64,000 nucleotides of DNA from Rhynchobatus australiae (lineage: Eukaryota), in contig JAUZTB010000076.1 of the NCBI GenBank assembly GCA_034780895.1, positions 38,365,385-38,429,384 on the forward strand. Direction: 5' to 3'. The position numbers and the translations under genes were made by a program. Positions 37,471 to 51,458 of the stretch are shown here, one piece after another (position 1 is the stretch's first letter; each line of letters begins with the position of its first letter). The notes beneath the pieces were generated by a model. It did no database searches. It was not told the origin of the DNA and saw only the letters and a list, made by a program, of their open reading frames with translations.

Positions 37471-40049
37471 TATCTTTACTATCATTCAAGAGGCACATGA
37501 GTTTAAAAGAGGTAGATCTTGGGATTTGCTGGTGAGTTTCACTTAACAGGAGCCTAAAAGAGGCACATTTGCAAATTGACAATTTGGAAGAATAAACAAT
37601 TTACCTCAGGANNNNNNNNNNNNNNNNNNNNNNNNNNNNNNNNNNNNNNNNNNNNNNNNNNNNNNNNNNNNNNNNNNNNNNNNNNNNNNNNNNNNNNNNN
37701 NNNNNGCTAGGCCCCTGATGGGGCTCAGGTGTGTATTGTTATGTAATCAGTTCAGCATGGAATCCATGTGCTGGACAACAAGGCATTAATGTGGCCAGAA
37801 CTCCCCCCTCCCCCAATAGTCAGCAGGAACTTGAGCAGATGTGTCAAGAAATTGCATGTAGTTGTGAGAATAGTAGGGTAGCGCTAGTAGGATATTTCAA
37901 TTTTCCCAGTATCGACTGGGCCACCCAGAGTGCAAAAGGCCTGGATGGGGTGGAATTTGTGCATCCAAAGCAGTTTCCTCGTGCGTAAATCCTCAAACAT
38001 TATCCACTTGGCATATCTGGCTGAAAATGATTTCAGCCTTAACTTTAGCACTCGTGCTCTGGTCCTGCCATTTTTTGTTCTTGGAGCTTTTTTTTTCAGT
38101 AAGCTATTTAAATGTCCACAACTAGCTGCAGAGGTTTGATCTCATCTGTTGATTATGTGATCATTTGCCTCTGTTTATTGTATGCTTCTTTTGCTGTTTA
38201 GCACTTAGAGTCCGGTTCATTTGGTGCTGCACTGAGCATGCCTACTGTACCCCTCATTGAATTGGGGTTGATGACCTGACTTGATTGTAATGGTAAAGTG
38301 GGAGAAATGCCAGGATGAAATGACTAGCATGGTGTGTTTCTAATGCCACCGATCATCCACAATGCCTCATGAATGCCTAGTTTTCAGCTGCCAGATATGT
38401 TCTAAATCTATCCCATTCAGCACCTTATTAATACCACACAACACATTGAGGATACCTTCCATTGTGAAGCTGGGAGTTTGTGGTGTTCAGTATCGCAGGT
38501 AGATTTGCCAAAGGAAGATTGGTGAGGTTTAGTTGGCTTATCCCTTGTATAGATTTGTTTAATGCCCGCTGCAGATATCAACTGGCAGGTTGATAGATTA
38601 TTGGCTACTTTACTGCAAGTCTGATCGATTATAGTCTACTTTTCTGAAGTCACTATATTGTTTGTTTTAGAGCAGAATTTTTCTGCAAATCGTGTCTTGT
38701 GTACAACTCTCACCTCTCTAAGAAATAATAGAAAAAGCTCTGAATTTCACCCAGGGAGCAAAACTGGCAGTGAGGAATGAGCTGTTTTATCCAAAGCCAA
38801 AGCTCCATCCATTATTTTTGCAAGTAACAAACTGAATTTCTAAATCTCCTTTGGTGTGCCAGTATTCTTGGGTAAAAAAGTGGCCCAATCACCATCCTTC
38901 CACATTTAAAAACAGAGCAATAGGCAAATGGAACTTCTGCCAGGAAGAACATGATAAGCATGCTAACTAACCCTCTCCAATGGGTAGCCTTAAACTTCTT
39001 CATTCTTTGCTCTCAGTGCCCTACTCCATAGCATCCTTGAAAAATCACTCCTAACTTTGCACTGCTGATTAATCAATGCTGATGCAGATTGAACATGATA
39101 TTCAATCCCAAACACTCTTCAAAATGTATGCAGTTTTGTAAAAATGCTGTTGGTGATGATTTGTAGCTCAAAACTGCACACCTATCAACCCATTTCTGTG
39201 CTGAATGACATCAGTGCATTAGCCCTAAAAAGATGCCTTTTCACCAAACCGCTGCAATTCTGGATTGTTTGTGCTGTTGTAACATTGTAAATTGATGCAA
39301 GGGAGGTGGTGCAGAGGAAAGAGCACCTTGATTTACAAATACAGTTCTGAATACCCTTGTGAATGAGGCTGACAGAAAAAGACACGACTTGGCATCCATG
39401 AAAATACAGGGTGGCAAGAAGGCCTTTAGAGCAGAGAAGAGTTGTCAATAGTGACAGTAAAAAGAATTGCTAACTAGAATGTTTGGCTCTGCACAAGAAC
39501 AGTGCAGAAAAAAATTGTTACCTTGCTAGATTTGTCAGTGTTAGTGTTCTGACATGTAGAACTTCACCTCACAAATATAGCTTTGAAACACACAAAAGGG
39601 TACAATTGGCACAGCTCAGAGCTCAATCAACATAGACACAAATGAAAAGCTGTTGTAATATGATTATCATTGCTCTTTGTATTCATCAGTGCATCAGATC
39701 TTTCCAACAGTTCATACAGTTTAAAAACATGCACACTTACAAGCACATGTGCTACAAACCACACACATTTCACACACATAAAACTATGGCAGACATTTCT
39801 ATTGCTTCTGTCTTGCACTCTAATCATCCCAGTCCTTTTGTGCAATTTGTGCAATTCAAAATAGATATCTCACACACAATCACAACAATTCAGCTCTTAA
39901 AATCCTATCATTACAGCACTTTGAAATTAACTTTCCTCTTTGTCTAATAAGATAAAATGGCCTGCAACCAGTAAATGTTGCATCTGAACCCTTCAGTTTT
40001 CAAAGGTGCACCAGACACTAGGGGGAAGGTCCTGCACCTTTAGGGCATT

Positions 40050-40469
40050 TGGAAGATGACTTATTTTCCTCGAGTAGAGAGCATCAGTGACCTCTCTACT
40101 GTTGTAGTGCTCTATAAACCAAGATGCATAACGTACCAAGTGGTGGCAGCTGATTTGTGCTAAGGAAGATAAAAGTGGCAGTGACCTTGATCTCTGCTGG
40201 CAAAGTGGTCCAAGTACCAATGTTTTGCCTACAAAATATCACAGATCTCTGTTACCGTTGACTTAAGGAATCACAGCTTCTGGGTAAATTGCATTTTTCG
40301 AGAATTGAAATGCGGCTGCCTGAACACTCTTGAGAGTTTAAGGAAATGAGCCATTTTCCCCTCGTGCATTAGGATTTCAAACACACTTGTCCTGCTTCTG
40401 ATGCCTGTTCTGCAGTTTCAGGTTCAGTTTATGTAGAGCACCCAGTGGGATCACCATAGACTTACCCAT
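40050..40469 (-). mobile_element. Fossil PIF/Harbinger transposase, N-terminal part
   Basis: Minus-strand peptides across frameshifts, in order: MG..IPLG, RVFRQ, TVTEICDIL, LPAEIKVTATFIFLST, REVTDALYSRK. These resemble the HARBI1-type TVAELC..LPVAVKVTAALNF..IREVTDALF. Confidence 0.6.
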
Positions 40470-41289
40470 GGCAAGAAGTAGTAAGTGGAATGTGCCTCAC
40501 TGAAGTTGCTCTGTCAGCTTGAAGGAGTCTCTCTAGAGGACAGCTGGCTTCCAAAGCCTGTGCAGCAGGCTGCAAAAGAAAATTACGGTGGCTCAGTAGC
40601 CTTTCAAATATTGCAGCTGCAGTGAAGGCAACATTGCAAAAGCATTGGTTCTCTGTGGTCATTCTCAAGGAGAAATACAGTTTCCATTTTCTAGGAGTCA
40701 ATACTCTCTACTGCCATTGCATGATGGATGATGTCACTTTATGCATTTCCTGTGCACAAAATAAGTAATTTACTAGTTCTTGACCAGAAGTAGGTTCAAT
40801 TTCATGAATTGTGCATTTTGTCCAGGATTATGTTACAGGTAATGTTAAACATGAGGACTTTAGCTCCAGATGGGAACACATCACTCAGTTTTGTTTATTG
40901 TGATAGTCAAAGCAAGATTCAGTGCAATGTTTAAAAAAAAAATTGAAAATACTGTAAGACACATGGACTTGGCCAAATGCCTAGCATTTAGAGAAGCTTG
41001 CTGGAACATCCTGCAAAAGTAATGCTACATCTCTGTAAATTGATTTGTGCCATAGTGCTCNNNNNNNNNNNNNNNNNNNNNNNNNNNNNNNNNNNNNNNN
41101 NNNNNNNNNNNNNNNNTGTTGACACACAAATAAATGCTGCAACATGACTAGTAAGCAGTGTTCTAAATCCTGTGCTTCATTCGTTGCCCGCCTTTTGAAC
41201 ATTGGTTTGTGTATGGTTAAAAGGGATTTGGCTATACTTTGGGAGTAGGAGAATAGCATGGCTGTCCTTGAATTATCAATGTATTAGTA

Positions 41290-41950
41290 GGGTAGCCCCA
41301 TGTCCTCCATCTCAACTAAGTCTTAAAGGTGATGGCTGCAGAGATAATTGATGCTTTGGTAAGGATCTGGCAAAATTCCCTAGATTCTGGAACAATCCGA
41401 ATAGATTGATGCATTGCAAATATAATGCTGGTATTTAAGAAAAGAGAAAAATACTGCACTTTAGACCAGTTAACCTTTTTCAAGTTGACATTCTTTTGCT
41501 GGTGGAGATCAGTGTTATACTCATGGACATTCATAGTTCATATTAAGGATTCAGATGAAAAGGCAGAGTGTAATGCAGCAACGTTTGCCATCGATACATT
41601 ACACACTGTTTTTCACCTGAGTCTTTAATAGGTGAAAGTGTGCTGTGAGGAAGAAGCAAAGTAACAAGTGATGCTGACAGATGGAGTATAGTGTGAGGAA
41701 ACATGAAGTTATTTAATTGGTAGGAAGAAAACTGGAATACTTGTTAAGTAATGAAAAATTAGTTAGTGCACAGAGTGATGTTGATGTGCTGGTTCATGAC
41801 ACGCAGAGCACAGCAAGCAGTTAGGAAGACAAATTGTAGATTAGCCTTTATTGTAAAGGGTTGGAATACAAAGGTAAGCAAGTCTTGCTGAAATTGTACA
41901 GGGCTTTGATGAGACCTCATTTGGAATATTTTTCCAATTTTTGCCCAGTA
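41290..41950 (+). mobile_element. Decayed CR1 fragment
   Basis: ttccctagattctggaac..gggttggaatacaaagg..gagacctcatttggaatatt. Confidence 0.55.
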
Positions 41951-43179
41951 TTAGCTGTTGAAGGATGACTGTGGCTAAAAGGCTGCTATCTTATTGAGGA
42001 AAGTCTAGTGATTCATTATTCTCTTGGTTGAAGAAATGCCTTTGGAACACTTTGGGATAAACAGTCACACTACTGGTTCGCGAATCTGTTCAGTTGCTCG
42101 TCCACAATATTACATAAAGATTTTCAACATTGCATTTATGACAAGGATAGGATAGCAGAAAATGAGACTGAGTCAGCAGGAAACCTCAGAGATGCAAAAA
42201 AAGCATACCAAATCCCAATGGGTGCATCTTAGGAAAACCCAGCTACAAACAGAGCTCCAGAAAACATGGCAGACTGGAGGAAGTGGGCCTGGAAAGTTAG
42301 GTCCTGTAAATCAATCTACTAACATCTCGGACAAAAAGACAAAATTCTTTCGGAACTCATCAGGTCAACCAGCATTTTTAGGGGAGAAAAGCAATTTGTT
42401 CCCCCCAACTCTGCCCCCCCTNNNNNNNNNNNNNNNNNNNNNNNNNNNNNNNNNNNNNNNNNNNNNNNNNNNNNNNNNNNNNNNNNNNNNNNNNNNNNNN
42501 NNNNNNNNNNNNNNNNNNNNNATAGTTGGGGAATGTTCAGATATGTTAAAATTCATACATTAATGTAGGATCCTCATCAACTCTGCCCCCCCTACTGATG
42601 ATGCTCAACTTGCTGAGTTCCTCCAGCAGTTTACATTTTGCTCCAGGTTCCGGCATCTGCATTCTTTTGTTCAATGCAATTGTTGCAGTATTATGAAGCC
42701 ATTTAATCTGATAATTTTGGAACCTGCAGACAGTTGCCTGGGGAAACAATTTATTCTTGAATTCAAGCATATTTTGTGCCAATGTAACTTCAGCATATTT
42801 TTTCAAACATATGGTACAAGTCAATTCATATGTGGCCTTGCAATGAGCCTATTTCAGGCAAAGCTCTTAAATGTACTGCAGCTTCCATTTGAAGAGATGT
42901 GTAATATTGCTACTGGCATGGACATAGTGTCAGAAGATGTAAGGAAATTCCATTTGGTGCTGGAGGCAGATATGCAGATGCATGCTGTGAGTAAAAGAAA
43001 AAAAATCATTGCAGTAATTCATCAGACCCAAATCATAAGGGGTAGTTTGGAAAACCTGTTATGATTTCAAGCAAATGCATTTTGCTTGATCACAAGCATT
43101 CAGAACAATAATATTACATATCTTCTCAAATGCAGGTTCCAGTGTAATTAAAAGCAAAGCCACAAATGAAACAATCTCA

Positions 43180-43730
43180 GAACAGCACAAAAACAGGCCC
43201 TTTGGCTCGCCATGTGCTGCCAACCATCAAGTACCACCTACACTAATTCCATTTTCCAGCATTTGGCCTGTAGCTTTCTATTGCCTTAGTGATTCAAGTG
43301 CCTGTCTAGATACATCTTAAATGTTGTGAGAGTCTGCCTTAAGTCACCCTCTGGGTAAAAAAAATTCTTAGGCATTGGGTTCCCTCAAAACATCCTGCCC
43401 CTTATACCTATACCTTCTGGTTTTAGACAGTTTTGCTGGAGGGAAAACAATTTCTTAGTATCTACCCATCTCATTATTTTGTGTACCTCAATCAGATCAT
43501 CTCTCAGCTTCCTCTCTTCCAACGAAAGCAAACCCCAATCTATCTAGTCTTTCCTCATAACTGGAATGTTCCATTCCAGGCAATAGCCTGGTGAATCTAC
43601 TCTGAATCCTCTCCAGTGCAATCCCATCTTTCCTTTAGTGTGCTGATCTGAACTGTACAGAGTACTTCAGCCATGGACTAACCAAATTTTCATAAAATTA
43701 TACCATAACAGCCCTGCTCTTGCATTCATT
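43180..43730 (-). mobile_element. CR1 LINE 3' fragment
   Basis: Reverse complement of the CR1 3' end (aactgtacagagtacttcag..., aacagcacaaaaacaggcccttt). Confidence 0.85.
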
Positions 43731-43734
43731 AGCC

Positions 43735-45020
43735 AGGGCATAGCAGAGGAAGTGCTGGATGTCTTAAAACATATGGAGATAGATAAATTCCCAGGGTCTG
43801 ATCAGTTATATCCAAGAACACCTTGGGAAGCTAGAGAAGAAATTGCAGGAGTCCTGGCTGAGATATATGTATCATTGTTAGCAAGGTGTGAAGTGCCAGA
43901 AGACTGGATGGTGGCTTATATTGTGCCTTTTATTTAATAAGGGCTGTAAAGAAAAATAGGGAACTATAGATCAGTGAGCCTAATATCTGTGGTAGGTAAG
44001 TTACTGGAGGTGATTCTGAGGGGTTAGCTATACATGCATTTGGAAAGATTGGAGTTGATTAGGGATAGTCAGCATGGCTTTGTGCATGGGAGATCATGTG
44101 TCATGAACTTGATTGAGTTTTTAAAGAAGTGACCAAGGAGGTCGATGAAAGCAGGGTGGTAGACATAGTCTATGTGGATTTCAATAAGACCTTTGATAAG
44201 ATCATGTTAGGCTGCTATGGAAAGGTAGATTGCATGAGATTCAGGGAGAGCTAGCTAATTGGATACACAGTTGGCTTGATGGTAGAAAACAGGGTTATGG
44301 TAGAAGTTTGTTTTAAGGACTGAGGCCCCTAACTAATGGTGTTCCCCAGGGATCAGTGCTCAGCCTATTTGTCACCTGTATCAATGATTTGGATGAGAAT
44401 GTACAAAGCATGGTTAGTAAGTTTGCAGATGACATTAAAATAGATGGTGTTGAGGATAGTGAAGATGGTTATCAGGATTTACATAGGGATTTTGATCAGC
44501 TGGGTGTGGGCTGAGGAATNNNNNNNNNNNNNNNNNNNNNNNNNNNNNNNNNNNNNNNNNNNNNNNNNNNNNNNNNNNNNNNNNGTGAACGGTAGGGCCC
44601 TGGGGAGTGTTGAGGGATCTAAGAGTACAAGTTCATAGTTCCCTGCAAGTGGCATCTCATTTTGGCATGTTGCTCTTCGTCAGTTGGGGCATTGAGTATA
44701 GAAGTTGGGATGTTGTATTGCAGATGTACAAGATGTTGGTGAGGGCACATTTAGGACATTGTATTCAGTTTTGGTCACCCTGCTATAGGAAAGATGCCAT
44801 TAAACTGGAAAGAGTGCAGAGGAGATTTTAAAGGATGTCACCAGGACTCAAGGGGCTGAGTTATGGAGAGAGGTTGAGCAGGTTGGGACTTTATACATTG
44901 GAAGGGTTAGAGGAATATGGGCCAAATGTGGGCAAATGGGACTAGCTTAGTTAGGAATCTTGGTCAGAGTGGACTAGTTGGGCCGAAGGACCTGTTTCCG
45001 TCCTGTATGACTATGACTCT
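43735..45020 (+). mobile_element. CR1 LINE ORF2 reverse transcriptase and 3' end, with internal deletion
   Basis: EVPEDWMVAYIVP; aagtttgcagatgac (KFADD); IQFWSPCYRKDAIKLERVQRRF; tail tatgactatgactct. Confidence 0.93.
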
Positions 45021-47834
45021 AAAACTAATATTAAGAGAAATAGCCAAAGCACATACATGAGCATAAACACTGCTCCTGTCTATTCAGTTGTAGGAGAGAT
45101 GCCTACAGTAACAAAAAATACAGCAGGGTTCTATTAAACCAAATGCAAAGTATTGTCTTGTCCTGAGCGGCATGAATTACTGAAGATGCTATGAGAGATG
45201 ATATGCTTTTCACAACTTTTAAGGAGCTGAGTTGCTAAAGACTATGTTTTCATATGTAAATTAATGTTACTGGGCAGAAATTGGATGGTAGTACTCAGGA
45301 TTGTCTGAAATCAAATATTCAGTCTTCATGCAATGCATTCAAATTGGAACAAGCTCAAAACCTTCTGCAACATGGTACAGAAGTATGGGCACGATATTTG
45401 TACTCGGTGGAGTGCTAGCCTGATCAGTGAAGGTTTTGATCTTATGCCTTTTCAAAAAGGAACAAGGAGGAGATAATTGATATTGTACTGGGAAAGCAGA
45501 GGTGGGTGTAGTAAAAGGAGATGGGAATAGAGATGAGAGTGAACAAATGAAAAATGGAAGGAAAGCAAAGGAGGAGCAGGAAACGATGACCCTGGGCAAA
45601 GTGTAGAAGCATTGCTGTGGCTTTTTGCTAATTGAATAAGAGAGTGAGAAGACCCATGATACAGTTAAACTCTGTAGTTGCATATACATCAGTTATACTC
45701 TCTAGGTTTTTCTTTTTAAAAGGAGTGCCGTGTAGAGTTAATGTTTTATGTTAAAAAGTGACTCTGGCTTTAATGCTACTACCTGGCTTAATACAGAGTC
45801 ATATCTCAGAGTCTTCTCCCTTGATTATAGCAATTGACTATAGAGCTTGCTGAACTAGGTGCCATTTGAGGTAGGGAATTCCAAAGATTTGGTAGTTCAC
45901 TGAATGGAGTTGCAGAGTTTCTTGGAATAAATAGCCATGCTGCGCAGACCCACAGGTTTGTGAATCTGTTCATTTTCTCACCCACAAGGGTTACACAAGG
46001 ACTTCACACTAAAAATGTCGACGTAGCATTGATTCACTCAATTGATTTCTGGGATGAAGAGATTGAATAAGATTTACCTATTTTACAGGAGTTTTACAGG
46101 AGTTTTACAATAAGTGGGAGATGGTCTCAAAGAATCATAACATTTTGAGATGAATTGATGGGGTTGATGCTGAGAGGCTCTTTCCTTTGGAGAGTCTAGA
46201 AATGGAGGTCATAACTCAGAATACAGAGGTGGCCATTTAGTAGTGTGATGAGAAGAAATTTCTATACGTAGAGAGTTACAAATCTTCACCTCAGATGGTT
46301 ATGGCTGCTCAGTTATTGAGTATATTTAAGGTTGAGATGGATAGACTTATTATTCATAAGCCATGAGGGGATGGAAAAGCTCTCTTAAGGCACAGGATTA
46401 GTTATGTTCTTGCTGGACGACAGAGTAGACTTGAGAGTCAGATAAATCCTAGGCCTTTTATTTCTCAAGTTCTTGTGTTGTCCAACCATGAAGAGATAGA
46501 CTTAATTCAAAGAAATCTTTCAAATTACTAGCATACTAACTTGTATTACACTGTCTAAGTGCTGTGAGCTGATCATGTAAAAATTTAGTCTGCAAAATCA
46601 ATATTCAGCTGAAATTTGGATGAAGATTCAACCATTAAGTCTCCTGGTTTCCACATGTAATGTAAGTATTTTACCACTGAAGAAGATACAAAACTCCCCA
46701 GACTGTGCATGCTGTGAGCTGTCATCAGTAAGGAACTTTGCAAATTTCTGCCATGAGCTTCTATATCATGAATCTGTATCATTGGCTAGGTTCCACTAAC
46801 TGTCTATCAAACCTTAATATACAATTTTAATGTTAATTATTTTGTGCCATTATACTTCCTCCTTCGCTTGGCTAGAGCAAATAAAGTTAAGGTGAGTACT
46901 TGTTCCATGCTTGACTGATTTAGGTCTGAATATTTTTCTTTTGTGCTGATAAAGTAACATTGGCATGCAAGAAATTCTCCATTTATGCACTATGAAATCA
47001 GTATTCTTGCTTTCCAATCCATCCTCCACTGCCACCCTTCCTTCAATAGAATTAGTTCACCCAGTGCTCTGGTCAGACTCTGTTCCATTTTTCTGATGGT
47101 GCTAATTTTTTTTCCCCAAAAATACTCTTCACGTTTAACTACTGCTTCAAATTTTAGAAAATTTTGCAGCAGCTTTGGATTCTGTCTTCCCCAAATAGCA
47201 CATTCTTAATGTATTGCCTGTATTCATGCCTGAAGTCCTTTCAAATATACCAAGAGGCCTGATACCAGATTCATTGGGGTTTGGAATCTTCACTTTCAGC
47301 CGATTCATACCTTGTAATACATTTCACCACTGCACTTTGTGTGGAGAATAAAAATGAACACTTCTGAAAGGTCATTGACATAAAATGTTAACTTCATTCC
47401 TGTCTTCACAGATGCTGCCTTATCTGCTGGATATTTCCAGCATTTTCTGTTTTTATTTCAAATTTTCAGCATCCACTATATTTTGCTTTTGTTCTTTGTG
47501 AAGTATTCACTAAAGAGTAATGAGTACCATCTGCAGTTTTGGCACTGTGTGAAGTAGCAAATGCTTTGCGAAATAGCAAAAGATACAGTTTTTCTCTGAA
47601 AATCTTGACTTTTTAGGGAAAACATTTTAAAGAATGTCATAATAGGATCCAGTGCATGTGGTTAGAACTCTATAGTTCTTGATTAAAAATAGTGATGACA
47701 AATGTATTGGACAAGAAATATGGTGCACAGTTCAGTAATTTAGTTTAAGTGTCTTTTTCATATTACACATTCTGCTACCAAAACACTGCAGTATATTTGA
47801 ATGTTTAATAGCTTGTTTTGATTTGGCACTGTAG

Positions 47835-48021
47835 GTCATCCAAAATTGGGGGAAGTACAAAGAAACATTCTATTCATGGCAGCACTGGGAACATAGGCAG
47901 TAAACACAGCCAAAGGAACTCGTTGAGTTTTCTAGGATCTAGTGGTCGCCCAAGGATAAGTCTACAAACAGACAAATTCTTGGATAAAGGTTATAGTGCG
48001 GGAGGACGACATATAACACAG
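47835..48021 (+). CDS. DNAI4: DNAI4/WDR78 exon 2
   Basis: ctgtag|G SSKIGGSTKKHSIHG...GGRHITQ|gtacag; 187 nt, phase 2 to 0. Ends ITQ just before the IFNENG exon, like human ..KTTQ|VFDING. Confidence 0.75.
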
Positions 48022-48534
48022 GTACAGTTTTATGTATTAAGCATCATGTTTAAATATGAACACTTAGCATTTGTCGCAAAATTTCTCCACCTAAAGCAGT
48101 TTATCAATCTCCATTATGCCATAGTGGAGGCTTTAAATAGATGCTAGGCATTCTCTTTCATCCTCGCAGAAGAGGAGAAAGAAATTGGTTTTAGGCATTA
48201 ATGTTGGCTTCAAAGCAGTATTGATGAAGATCTGAGAAGGCCCTTTTAATCAAATGAAATTTTCAAGACTGACTCTTAAGAGTATTTTGTGTGCTTGGTA
48301 AAGAAACGGTGAATAAATAAAGTTGAGATACATATCAACCATTTATATTAATCGGCTTAATAGAGCTCAATGGCATACATTCCCAAATTCCACCCATTCT
48401 GAATGGGAAAAGAGCATGCTTGGGAACATGCAAAATGTGAAAAGCACTTTTCTATTCTCCTCCTGGTGAGGCTGAGACTTGATGTCAAACGTAAGAGTTC
48501 AATGTTAATGTCTAAATGACATTGTTAAACCATG

Positions 48535-49700
48535 AGCACCCCCCACCCCCGCCATTATTAATGGAGCCCTCACCTGCATATCCTCTATTGCCTTTAACCC
48601 ATTTTTTCACCCCCATCCCCCCACATCCTAGGCAGAAGAGGGATAGAGTTTCCCTGGTCCTTGCCTGTAGCTCTACCAGCCTACGCATCCAGCATATCAT
48701 TCTTTGCAACTTCTGCCAACTACAATGGGATCTCCCCACCAACCACCTCTTTCTTTCTCCCCCTCCGCCAAAAGTTTTACACTCTCTCTGTGTCTCCCTG
48801 GTCCACTTATCCCTCCTCTCCCTGTAACCACAAGAGGTGTAACACCTGTCCCTACACCTCACCACCATCCTGGGCCCTAAACAACCATTTCAGGTGAGGC
48901 AGTCTTTCACATGCAAATCCCCTGGCGATATTTATTGCATCTGGTGCTCCCATTGTGGCCTCCCCTACATCGGTGAGACCAGATGCAAACTGGGCACCTG
49001 CTGTGCCAAGCACCTTTCACTCTGCCTGCTGTGGCCGTCTGGATCTCCCGGTTGCCAGCCATTTTAATCCTCCTCCCTATTCCCATACCGATATCTATCC
49101 TCTGCCTCCTCCACTGGCAGGTTGAAGCAAAATACAAACTGGAGGAACGGCACCTCGTATTCTGCCTGGGTAGCCTACAGCCTGGTGGCATGAACATTGA
49201 ATTCTCCAACTTCTGGTAACTGCTCCCCTTCTACCCCTTTTCTCTTTCCTCCTGTTCTATCCAGCCCCCATCACCATGTCTCTTTCCTCTCCTCCACCCT
49301 TTCCATCTGCCTATCACCACACACTTATCCCACTAGTTCCCCTCCCCTCTGCCCTTCCCACGTCCCTTGTTTGATTCCATGCTCCACCTTCCTCTCCTAT
49401 CAGATTCCATCATCTTCAGCTCTTTGTCACTTCCACCTATCACCCTCCAGCTTCTGGTGCTATTCCCACTCTCTTTACCACCCATTTCCCCCCAGTCTGC
49501 CTGTCATCCCTCCTCACCTGGATCCACCTGTTGCCTGCCAGGTCTTGCTCCAACCCTTCCCTCCACCTTTTTGTACTGGCTGTCTCCCTTCTATCTTTCA
49601 GTCCAGATGAAGGGTCTCAACCCAAAATGTTGTCCGTCCATTTCCCTCTATGCATGCTGCCTGACCCACTGAGTTCTCCAGTGGTATGTGTGTTACTTCA
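48535..49700 (+). mobile_element. Penelope-like element 3' portion with pyrimidine-rich tail and terminal repeat
   Basis: GIY-YIG-like atttattgcatc..ctacatcggtgagacc (IYCI..YIGET); KLEERHLVFCLGSLQPGGMNIEFSNF; gatgaagggtctcaacccaaaatgt terminal repeat. Confidence 0.85.
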
Positions 49701-50994
49701 TCTATCATTCAACTGCCACTGTCTCCCAACTCTACTCAGTCATCTTACACCAGTCCTCAGACCATCAGTCACCTCAGACTCCTGTCTTACTACTCCCCTT
49801 CTCTTCTTTATACAACATCTCATCTCTCCACTCTTGGTCCTTGGTTTCGACCTGGAACATCGATAATAGCTTTCCTCCCACNNNNNNNNNNNNNNNNNNN
49901 NNNNNNNNNNNNNNNNNNNNNNNNNNNNNNNNNNNNNNNNNNNNNNNNNNNNNNNNNNNNNNNNNNNNNNNNNNNNNNNNNTCCTTGGTTTCGACCTGGA
50001 ACATCGATAATAGCTTTCCTCCCACAGCTGCTGCTCAGTCCACTGAGTTCCTTCAGCCGATTTGTTGCTCCAGATTCTAGCATCTGCAGTCTCTTGTGTC
50101 TCCATTGCATAAATGAGTGATGCACAACCTACCATCTAATATTTTGGTCATGGGTCTGCCACAGTAAGCATCAGAGATACCTTAGTACTATTGCCACAAG
50201 TGTTACTGAACAGCAGTTACACATTTTCCTTTGCACACTTGGAGCTCTTGTGGAAAACAATTTAGAACGAGGTTGAGGGTGAATTCAGGGATGGAGGGAT
50301 GCCCAGTCAGGTCCTAAGTATTAGGTGAAGATCAGCTGACTGTAAAATGATGCAGTGTGGGGGGTGATGGAGTTTGGTGGTACTTTGTGAAACTTAGGGG
50401 GTTGGGGACTTCAGGGGATCGGTTAGTCCGCAATCATGAAGTTTGGGATCTCAAGGGAGTTGAGGCTCATGTTTTTCAGAGAGTTGCAACTAGGAATGTG
50501 CATGGCAAAGGGATGGGAGTAAGAATAGTGAGTAGCTAGAGTCATTAAATTGGGCAGGGGGTGAAGGAAATGATCCTGAAGGATAGGAGGTACAAAATGG
50601 GTCTTGCATTGTGGGGTTAGCAAAGACTAGCTGTCCTGGAAGTGTCAGCTGTTTGTAGGACATCATTGACTGATTTCTTCAGCAACAATCCAAATGGAGC
50701 TCTGCATGGGGGTATGACATAATTTGAAGCACACCTAAGCAGAAGTTGCATCAAGCAATATGGCTCACACAAGATGTGCCCAGTTGAATTTCTGGAGTGA
50801 TGGGATAATGTTCATTATCATATTTCACTCTCAAGCAGGAATGGTGGGGAATCGACCTTTCAGTCATATAGTACTGATATAAACAGTTATGTGATTTAAA
50901 TTTCTAGATACTAATCTTTATTAAAACTAGATTGTTATACTAAAAGATGCAAGGAAATAGTACAGTGAGGCCAAATTTACATATTAAAATAAGA

Positions 50995-51458
50995 AATGGT
51001 GCAGAAAAGATTCACAAGGACGTGGCTGGGATTGGAGGGCTTGACTTATAAGGATAGGCTGGTACTTTTTTCCCTGGAATGTAGGAAGCTGAGGGGTGAC
51101 CTTAGAGATATATAAAATTATGAGGGATGTAGATAACATAAATGCTTGAAGTCTTTTTCCCAGGGTAGGGCAGTCTAAAACCAAAGTATGTAGATTTAAA
51201 GTGAAAGGAGAAAGATTTAATGGGGACCTATTTTACACAGAGGGTGGTGGATATATGGAACAAACTGCCAGAGGAAGCTGTATAGGCAGGTACAATTAGA
51301 AAGTCTAAAAGATGTTTAGACAGGTACATGGATACAAAAGGTTCAGAGGGATAGGGGACAAACTCTGGCAAATGTGGAACCAGCTTGAACAGAAGTCTTA
51401 GTCGGCACGGACAAGTTGGGCCCAAGAGCCTGTTTCCATGCTGTATAACTCTGTGACT
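50995..51458 (+). mobile_element. CR1 LINE 3' fragment
   Basis: gtgcagaaaagattcacaagg.. and tail gctgtataactctgtgact. Confidence 0.88.

Noticed and set aside
49838-50026. Direct repeat flanking a 100-N gap
   Set aside because: Identical sequence on both sides of the gap is typical of unmerged contig overlap, not biology.
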